Shown: in pieces, positions 37,453 to 43,042 of the stretch
Layout: each line of letters starts with the position of its first letter
Position numbering within the stretch: position 1 is the stretch's first letter
NCBI GenBank assembly: GCA_029266295.1
Contig: JAQSXD010000001.1
Span: 1-43,042, forward strand
Direction of reading: 5' to 3'
Origin: Bacillota bacterium
GTDB lineage: Bacteria; Bacillota; Clostridia; Peptostreptococcales; Anaerovoracaceae
Length of the DNA stretch: 43,042 nt
Notes under the pieces: generated by a model
Database searches by the model: none
What the model was told of the DNA's origin: nothing
The model's input: only the letters and a program-made list of their open reading frames with translations
Program-made: the position numbers and the translations under genes

Positions 37453-38487
37453 ATGGACTTAACTTATAATGAGATCAAGGAACAGTACCGTTCCATGCAG
37501 CAGACAAAATCATATTTAGACGGACAAATGACAGAAATCTCAAAATGGATCAAAATGAGACGTTATACCTCTCTGATTGTGCTGGGCTGCGGATCCTCCT
37601 ATAGTCTGGCGAAATCGCTAGCCCGTATGACACACATGAAGACGGGATTTCCCGCAACGGCCTTGCCTGCCGGAGATGTGCTGCTCCACGCGCACCGATA
37701 CATAAAAAGCTTTGAAGGCGCTCTGGTACTTGCAGTTTCACGGTCAGGCAGCACCAGCGAGATCCTGCTGGCATTAGAATCCTTAAAATCACAGAATTGC
37801 CAATTTACCATCGTGACGCTTACCTGCAAAGAGGAATCGGCACTTGCAAAACTTTCAGATATGAATCTGGATCTTCCCTGGGCCTACGACCACAGCGTAT
37901 GCCAAACTCGTACCGTATCCTGTCTGTACTATGCATTCGCTTATATTCTGGCAAATATGACCCATGATTTTGATCTCCTGGCTGATTTAGATGAAGTGAT
38001 CGCCCACGGGGACGATTATCTGGATGAGGTAGATGCCCTTTTAAAGAATTATGCGGCAGAGTCCTGGTCGCAAGTCGTGGTGCTTGGAGATGCAGAGCTT
38101 TGCGGTCTGGCAGAGGAAGGAGCTCTTGCTTTTAAAGAAATTTGTCAGCTCCCTTCGAATCACTACCATTTGCTGGATTCACGCCATGGTCCTGCCGTAC
38201 TCATCAATGAGGATACGATGATTCTCGCTGTGCTGGGTCCCAATAATGATTACGAAAAAGACTTCTTACTAGATATGTCCAAGAAAACTTCTCACATCAT
38301 AGCCTTTACTGATAAGCCCCAGGAGTCTGATTCGGTGCGGGTTCTACCGTATCGCCGTAAAATCAGCCACATTGCCAAGGGGCTGCCTTTCATTCTAATC
38401 TGCCAGCTCCTGTCCTATCACAAGGCCATATACCGCGGAACCAACCCGGACGCCCCCACGGGTCTCGATGCATGGATTTCCTTGTAG
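37453..38487 (+). CDS. Double-SIS domain protein (AgaS/GlmS-like aminosugar-6-phosphate deaminase/isomerase)
   Basis: GCGSS, VSRSGSTSE, SVCQT, EGALAFKE, RHGP, NPDAP; AGGAGG RBS supports ATG 37453. Confidence 0.88.
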   Translation: MDLTYNEIKEQYRSMQQTKSYLDGQMTEISKWIKMRRYTSLIVLGCGSSYSLAKSLARMTHMKTGFPATALPAGDVLLHAHRYIKSFEGALVLAVSRSGSTSEILLALESLKSQNCQFTIVTLTCKEESALAKLSDMNLDLPWAYDHSVCQTRTVSCLYYAFAYILANMTHDFDLLADLDEVIAHGDDYLDEVDALLKNYAAESWSQVVVLGDAELCGLAEEGALAFKEICQLPSNHYHLLDSRHGPAVLINEDTMILAVLGPNNDYEKDFLLDMSKKTSHIIAFTDKPQESDSVRVLPYRRKISHIAKGLPFILICQLLSYHKAIYRGTNPDAPTGLDAWISL

Positions 38488-38503
38488 AAAGGAAGGCATG
38501 ATA

Positions 38504-39451
38504 ATGAGAAAGGACGTACTTGCAATTGGAGAGTTGAACGCTGATCTGATTTTACAAGGGCTGGCTACCGTTCCCGTTCTAGGCCGGGAAATTTTATGCA
38601 AGAATTCTGATCTGCAGCTCGGAAGTTCTACAGCCATCTGCGCATGCGTAATGGCCTCACTGGGTTTGAAGACGGGCTTTGTCGGTCACCTTGGCACGGA
38701 TACCTGGGGCAATGTGTGCGAAACCTATTTAAACCGTTATGGGGTTGATATGACTCATGTGCTGCGGGATGAAAGTCTGCAGACCGGATTGACCGTCTCA
38801 CTGAGTTGCGGACACGACCGCGCTCTGGTGACCCATCAAGGAGACACCATCGACTGTCTGACCGCGGACAAACTTCCTCCCCAGCCGTGGCTCGAGGCCC
38901 GCCACATCCATATTGGCGCCTTTTTCCTGCAGACAAAGCTAGCAGCTGGACTCCCTGCTTTTTTGGAGCAGGCGAAAGCCCATGGAATGACACTGTCCTT
39001 AGATGCAGGCTGGCAAGAGTCACAGACTTGGGACAATGGCCTGTCCCGGGTCTTGCCCTATATCGACGTGTTTTTTCCTAATGAGAGCGAGGCCTGCGGC
39101 ATTGGCGGAAGTGATGATGTCAGCCAGGCTGCCCTACGTGTCCACGCCATGATGAAGAACGGGATTCTAGTCGTCAAGCGGGGCTCCCAGGGCGCCTTAG
39201 CCATATGCGGCGATGAAACGATTGAGCAAGGCGCATATCAAACTACAGTCATCGACACCACAGGAGCAGGCGACAGCTTCAACGCCGGTTTCCTATATGC
39301 CTATCTGCATCATAGGGATCTTGCCGAATGCTTGAGTTATGGGAACGCCGCGGGCGCCGTGTCCGTCACAAAGATGGGCGGCACCTCCCAATGCCCCACC
39401 TTATCCGAAGTAGAGCAATGGATCCGGCACGGCAGAGCGGTTGGTGCTTAG
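38504..39451 (+). CDS. PfkB/ribokinase family carbohydrate kinase
   Basis: IGELNADL, G.LG.D.WG, FFPNESEA, VKRGSQG, DTTGAGDSFNAG. Confidence 0.92.
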   Translation: MRKDVLAIGELNADLILQGLATVPVLGREILCKNSDLQLGSSTAICACVMASLGLKTGFVGHLGTDTWGNVCETYLNRYGVDMTHVLRDESLQTGLTVSLSCGHDRALVTHQGDTIDCLTADKLPPQPWLEARHIHIGAFFLQTKLAAGLPAFLEQAKAHGMTLSLDAGWQESQTWDNGLSRVLPYIDVFFPNESEACGIGGSDDVSQAALRVHAMMKNGILVVKRGSQGALAICGDETIEQGAYQTTVIDTTGAGDSFNAGFLYAYLHHRDLAECLSYGNAAGAVSVTKMGGTSQCPTLSEVEQWIRHGRAVGA

Positions 39452-39480
39452 GCACATCGGGCAGCTACTCAACCCAAACG

Positions 39481-39507
39481 GAACGCCTGGCTATCAGCCA
39501 GGCGTTC
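39481..39507. terminator. Hairpin between convergent pfkB and HPr genes
   Basis: Perfect 12-bp arms GAACGCCTGGCT-atc-AGCCAGGCGTTC. Confidence 0.72.
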
Positions 39508-39517
39508 TATCATTCTC

Positions 39518-39781
39518 CTATTCCTCATGGTTCGATTCAATGATCTCGGTGAGATTTTTTAGGGCATCCTCTTCATCCTCACCCTCACAAACCAGCCGGA
39601 TTTTAGTGTCCTTTACAATACCGGCACTTAATATCGCTAGCATGGATTTTGCCTCAAAGGATCTATCATCCTTAATAATATTAATCTTAGATTGGAATTG
39701 TTTTGCTGCCTTTACAAGGTTACTTGCAGGCCTTGCGTGAAGTCCGGTCTTGTTATTGATTAGAATACTTCGTTCAACCAT
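39518..39781 (-). CDS. HPr family phosphocarrier protein
   Basis: GLHARPA (His15), AKSM (Ser46), EGEDEEDA. Confidence 0.93.
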   Translation of the reverse strand: MVERSILINNKTGLHARPASNLVKAAKQFQSKINIIKDDRSFEAKSMLAILSAGIVKDTKIRLVCEGEDEEDALKNLTEIIESNHEE

Positions 39782-39814
39782 TTTTTCTCCTTTTCATTCG
39801 CCATTGATCCATTG

Positions 39815-41311
39815 TTACTCTTCTAATCCAAGGATGTCTTCAATTGAATTTTTATATAGAATCGCTTTGGCCCCATAAATAGCCTGTATCCCTCCACCAA
39901 CTTCAAGAACGTCTGTGGCGCCGATTCTTTTCAAATCCTCTTTATTGACATTCTCTTTTGATTTTACATTCACCCTCAGCCTTGTAATGCACGCATCGAC
40001 ATCTTCAATATTTTCTTTGCCGCCGAGTGCCGAAATGATTTCCAAAGCTTCTTCCCGCAGAGACGATTTGGTTGTTACTTGAGCTGCTTGAAGTACGTCG
40101 TCGCCCCTGCCTGGGGTAAGAATGTTCCACTTTAATATTGCAAATTTGAAGGAGAAGTAATATATAACAGCCCATACGGCCCCCACAGGAAGCACCAGCA
40201 GCCAATTTGTTTTTTCATTCCCTTGCAGAATTCCAAAGAGGGTAAAGTCTATGACCCCACCTGAAAAAGTGTTACCGATTGATATGTTTAACAGGTCGGC
40301 AACCAGGAAGGAGACCCCATCCAGGAAGGCATGGAAAACATAAAGAAGCGGACTGACAAACAAGAACATAAATTCGATGGGTTCTGTAATACCAGTAATA
40401 AATGAGGTTAATGCGGCACCTAAGAACAACCCGGCAAATAATTTCCTCTTGTTTTTTGCCACAGTATGATACATTGCCAAGCATGCAGCCGGAAGTCCAA
40501 ACATCATCGTTGCAAAACGACCTGCAAAAAATCTGGTTCCGTCAGTGTAAAGTCCAACATGATTTGGATCTGCTAGCTGCGCAAAAAATATTTTCTGCGC
40601 ACCCGCTATATGTTGACCTGCAACGGTTGCCACACCCCCTAATTCTGTGTACCAGAACATGGGGTAAATCATATGATGAAGACCAACTGCGCCGCATAGC
40701 CTCATAAGGAATCCATAAAAAAAGGTTCCGATTACGCCCATTTTCGAGATGCTTTCTCCTGATGCGATCAGAAGCTGCTGGAATGGCGGCCAGATCAAGA
40801 AGAATACTGCACCGATAAAGATCGAGACAAAAGATGTCACAATGGGAACAAAGCGTGAGCCACCGAAAAAGCCAAGAACTGCAGGCAGCTGAATGTTATA
40901 GTATTTGTTATGTAAAAATGCCGCAACACTGCCAATGGCAATCGCTCCCACAACTCCCGTGTCAATGGCAGCTCCGTCAGGGTTAAAGATTCCTACCATC
41001 GCACTGGTCGTTGTTGTCATAATCAGATAACCAACTACTGCCGCCAATGCTGCAGTTCCCTTATCTTTTTTTGCCAGACCGATGGCCAGGCCAATACAAA
41101 GCAGCAGTGACAGATTGCCGAAAATGATGCTTCCTGCTGAAGCCATAATCTTGAAAATAACTTGTAAAAATGCTACATTTACAATGGGATATGCCTGTAT
41201 CGTCGTAGGATTAGATAAAGCGCCCCCTACCCCTAAAAGCAAGCCTGCTGCTGGAAGTATCGCAATTGGCAGCATAAATGACTTCCCAATTTTTTGAAGT
41301 TGTTTAAACAT
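39815..41311 (-). CDS. PTS glucose-family EIICB transporter (probably ManNAc/amino sugar)
   Basis: LQKIGKSFMLPIAILPAAGLLL, FFGGSRFVP, GLHH, GITEPIEF, DACITRLRV; directly downstream of nanE. Confidence 0.92.
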   Translation of the reverse strand: MFKQLQKIGKSFMLPIAILPAAGLLLGVGGALSNPTTIQAYPIVNVAFLQVIFKIMASAGSIIFGNLSLLLCIGLAIGLAKKDKGTAALAAVVGYLIMTTTTSAMVGIFNPDGAAIDTGVVGAIAIGSVAAFLHNKYYNIQLPAVLGFFGGSRFVPIVTSFVSIFIGAVFFLIWPPFQQLLIASGESISKMGVIGTFFYGFLMRLCGAVGLHHMIYPMFWYTELGGVATVAGQHIAGAQKIFFAQLADPNHVGLYTDGTRFFAGRFATMMFGLPAACLAMYHTVAKNKRKLFAGLFLGAALTSFITGITEPIEFMFLFVSPLLYVFHAFLDGVSFLVADLLNISIGNTFSGGVIDFTLFGILQGNEKTNWLLVLPVGAVWAVIYYFSFKFAILKWNILTPGRGDDVLQAAQVTTKSSLREEALEIISALGGKENIEDVDACITRLRVNVKSKENVNKEDLKRIGATDVLEVGGGIQAIYGAKAILYKNSIEDILGLEE

Positions 41312-41312
41312 G

Positions 41313-41984
41313 TTAATCCTCCCTTAGTACACTGGTAAATTTTTTTGTTATTTGCAACGGCCTTGTAATAGCTCCGCCTACAACAGCACAGTAAGCACCC
41401 GCATCCAAGACGTCTCTCAGATCACAAGGTGTATTAATTTTACCTTCGGCTATTACAGGAATATTTAATTCTTTTGCCAGCGCGCTAATCAGCAAAAGAT
41501 TGGGCCCTTCGTAATGTTCAGAGTATGTTGTGTATCCGCAAAGTGTGGTCGATACACAATCACAACCGATTTTTTCTGCATAAACCGCTTCATTCTGGGT
41601 TGAACAGTCAGCCATCACAAACCTGTTGTGGCTATGGATATACGCTACAAGAAATTCCAGCGATTCATTTCCTGGTCTTTGTCTATCCGTTGCATCCAAG
41701 GCGATCATCTCACAGGATGTTTCAAGTAATTCATCAATCTCTTTTTTTGTTGGCGTAATATATATTTCAGAATCTGCATAATTTCTTTTTATGATTCCAA
41801 TCACCGGAAGTCCTGTAACCTTCTTAATTTCATTGATATCGTCTACCCCTTGTGCCCTGATGGCACTTGCACCACCTAGTTTTGCAGCCAAGGCCATTCT
41901 TCCCATGATAAAGGAACTGTGCAGCGGTTCGTCTTCAAGTGCCTGACACGAAACAATCAACTTCCCTTTTAAGTTATCTAACAT
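41313..41984 (-). CDS. nanE: N-acetylmannosamine-6-phosphate 2-epimerase
   Basis: LIVSCQALEDEPLH, IRA, GIIKR, YITPT, TTLCGYT, IAEGKI.TP, VVGGAITRP. Confidence 0.95.
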   Translation of the reverse strand: MLDNLKGKLIVSCQALEDEPLHSSFIMGRMALAAKLGGASAIRAQGVDDINEIKKVTGLPVIGIIKRNYADSEIYITPTKKEIDELLETSCEMIALDATDRQRPGNESLEFLVAYIHSHNRFVMADCSTQNEAVYAEKIGCDCVSTTLCGYTTYSEHYEGPNLLLISALAKELNIPVIAEGKINTPCDLRDVLDAGAYCAVVGGAITRPLQITKKFTSVLRED

Positions 41985-42001
41985 TTATGACCCTCCTATT
42001 T

Positions 42002-42844
42002 TTATTTTCGTTGCCCGGAAATTATATTCTCAATATGGATCGTAAGGTATCCGATTTCGCCTTCTGGAAGAAACAATCCATAGTTTTCAAAAATATTTTT
42101 TGCCAGACTATCTGCAAATTGAAATGTCTTTGGATACGTGGATTTTAAAGAGTCTATGATCACATTGTCTACGCTTATATTTTCACTTGCTCGTTTCAAT
42201 GCGAATTTAAGGTGCGTAATCAGCCGTGCCCTATTGAGACTCTTTGGGTCTAGTTTCATGCCAAATTCACGCTCGATTAATTCCATGCACTGACCGATAA
42301 TGTTAATATACAGGGCGGTTTGCGACGCTTGATCCCCCTTGATGGAGGAGTGGATATGCAAAGCAATAAACCCGATTTCCACAGCTGGCAAGCTTACTCC
42401 TAATTCACGATTCAGGTATTCAAGCATTTCTTTTGCAAAGGTATATTCCTTTTCATACATTACACTGATTTCATCAATAAAAATATTTGAGATTGTGATA
42501 TTATTTCTAAGCCGATATAATGAAAAATTCAAATGGTCCAGCAAACCAATATGAAGATTTTCGCTGTATTGACAGCCAAAATATTTTTCAATCTTGCCGA
42601 TATAGTTCTCAACGAGAAACATGAGCTTCTCATCACAATTTTCAATAAGCTTCTGATATTTGTTAAAATTGATTCGATCTTTAATATAGAACTTTTTTTC
42701 AATTTTACTTGAATCGATCGGCTCCTCATCTTTAAGACCAAAGCCAATCCCTTTGCCGAGCAAGATACATTCTTCATCGCCGGCAACATCGTATGCTTGC
42801 ACAACATTGTTGCTTAGAACTTTTTTCGTGAGATATTCCTCCAT
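42002..42844 (-). CDS. BglG/LicT/GlcT family PRD-domain antiterminator
   Basis: KVLSNNVV...GKGIGF CAT domain; two PRDs (LLDHL..., EIGFIALHI; LITHL, EIGYLTIHI). Confidence 0.9.
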   Translation of the reverse strand: MEEYLTKKVLSNNVVQAYDVAGDEECILLGKGIGFGLKDEEPIDSSKIEKKFYIKDRINFNKYQKLIENCDEKLMFLVENYIGKIEKYFGCQYSENLHIGLLDHLNFSLYRLRNNITISNIFIDEISVMYEKEYTFAKEMLEYLNRELGVSLPAVEIGFIALHIHSSIKGDQASQTALYINIIGQCMELIEREFGMKLDPKSLNRARLITHLKFALKRASENISVDNVIIDSLKSTYPKTFQFADSLAKNIFENYGLFLPEGEIGYLTIHIENIISGQRK

Positions 42845-42938
42845 AGCTTAAGCTGTTGATCCATTAAGGATTCAGCCTTTACTCAACTCCTTATCTAATT
42901 TTAGTCTTTTCTCTTCACATTCCAAAGAATGCTATAGC

Positions 42939-43042
42939 TCACTTCATACTGCACTTAAAAAGTGTCTGATCTTTCCCGCCAACGAGTTCTCCGTATGGAC
43001 AAATCTCCAGGAATTCCGCTTTCGCTTGATCTGTTGTCAATA
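42939..43042 (-). CDS. 3' end of an upstream gene, possibly a PTS EIIA component
   Basis: Open frame LTTDQAKAEFLEICPYGELVGGKDQTLFKCSMK* ending at TGA 42941-42939; identity guessed from operon context only. Confidence 0.35.
   Translation of the reverse strand, partial: LTTDQAKAEFLEICPYGELVGGKDQTLFKCSMK

Noticed and set aside
730-38503. Longest-ORF starts in the track (730, 4712, 6546, 12773, 20394, 25675, 32411, 36026, 37399, 38468)
   Set aside because: Downstream ATGs have better-spaced RBSs or coincide with where family similarity begins; some extensions overlap neighbouring genes.
775-42807. Many antisense or overlapping ORFs in the track (e.g. 12243..12920, 16236..16979, 17366..18094, 19552..20346)
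   Set aside because: They overlap well-supported genes and show no recognisable motifs; shadow frames.

Overview
Gene-dense chromosomal window from an anaerobic, probably spore-forming Firmicute (Clostridia-like: SLH proteins, PTS/HPr, AGGAGG RBSs, sigmaA and sporulation-type promoters). I saw no rRNA, tRNA, CRISPR array, transposase or phage gene. Left to right: (1) a lipoprotein class D beta-lactamase (partial, absent from the ORF track) divergent from blaI-blaR1, with three BlaI operators; (2) a nitrosative-stress cluster (hcp, Cys-rich Crp/Fnr regulator, ric, DUF1858, an uncharacterised gene, hemerythrin) with two different dyads at identical -41.5 positions; (3) a deleted SLH-protein pseudogene and a secreted repeat protein divergent from an OmpR-family two-component system; (4) DUF523 and a recQ interrupted by one in-frame TAG; (5) a MerR-controlled three-gene Fe-S/flavin reductase module; (6) two probable sporulation genes and a large MCP; (7) the best candidate for an undescribed system, a 13.4 kb GntR-controlled locus. 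It combines a 1513-aa SLH-anchored enzyme (circularly permuted GH114/PelA-like module plus DUF4874/DUF4832 module), an ABC importer, a GH4 glycosidase and KbaZ/SIS/PfkB enzymes, which together read as a pathway for consuming alpha-galactosamine polymers such as Pel or galactosaminogalactan; (8) a nanE-PTS-HPr operon with a BglG-type antiterminator. All family assignments come from motif recognition by eye; no database search was run.
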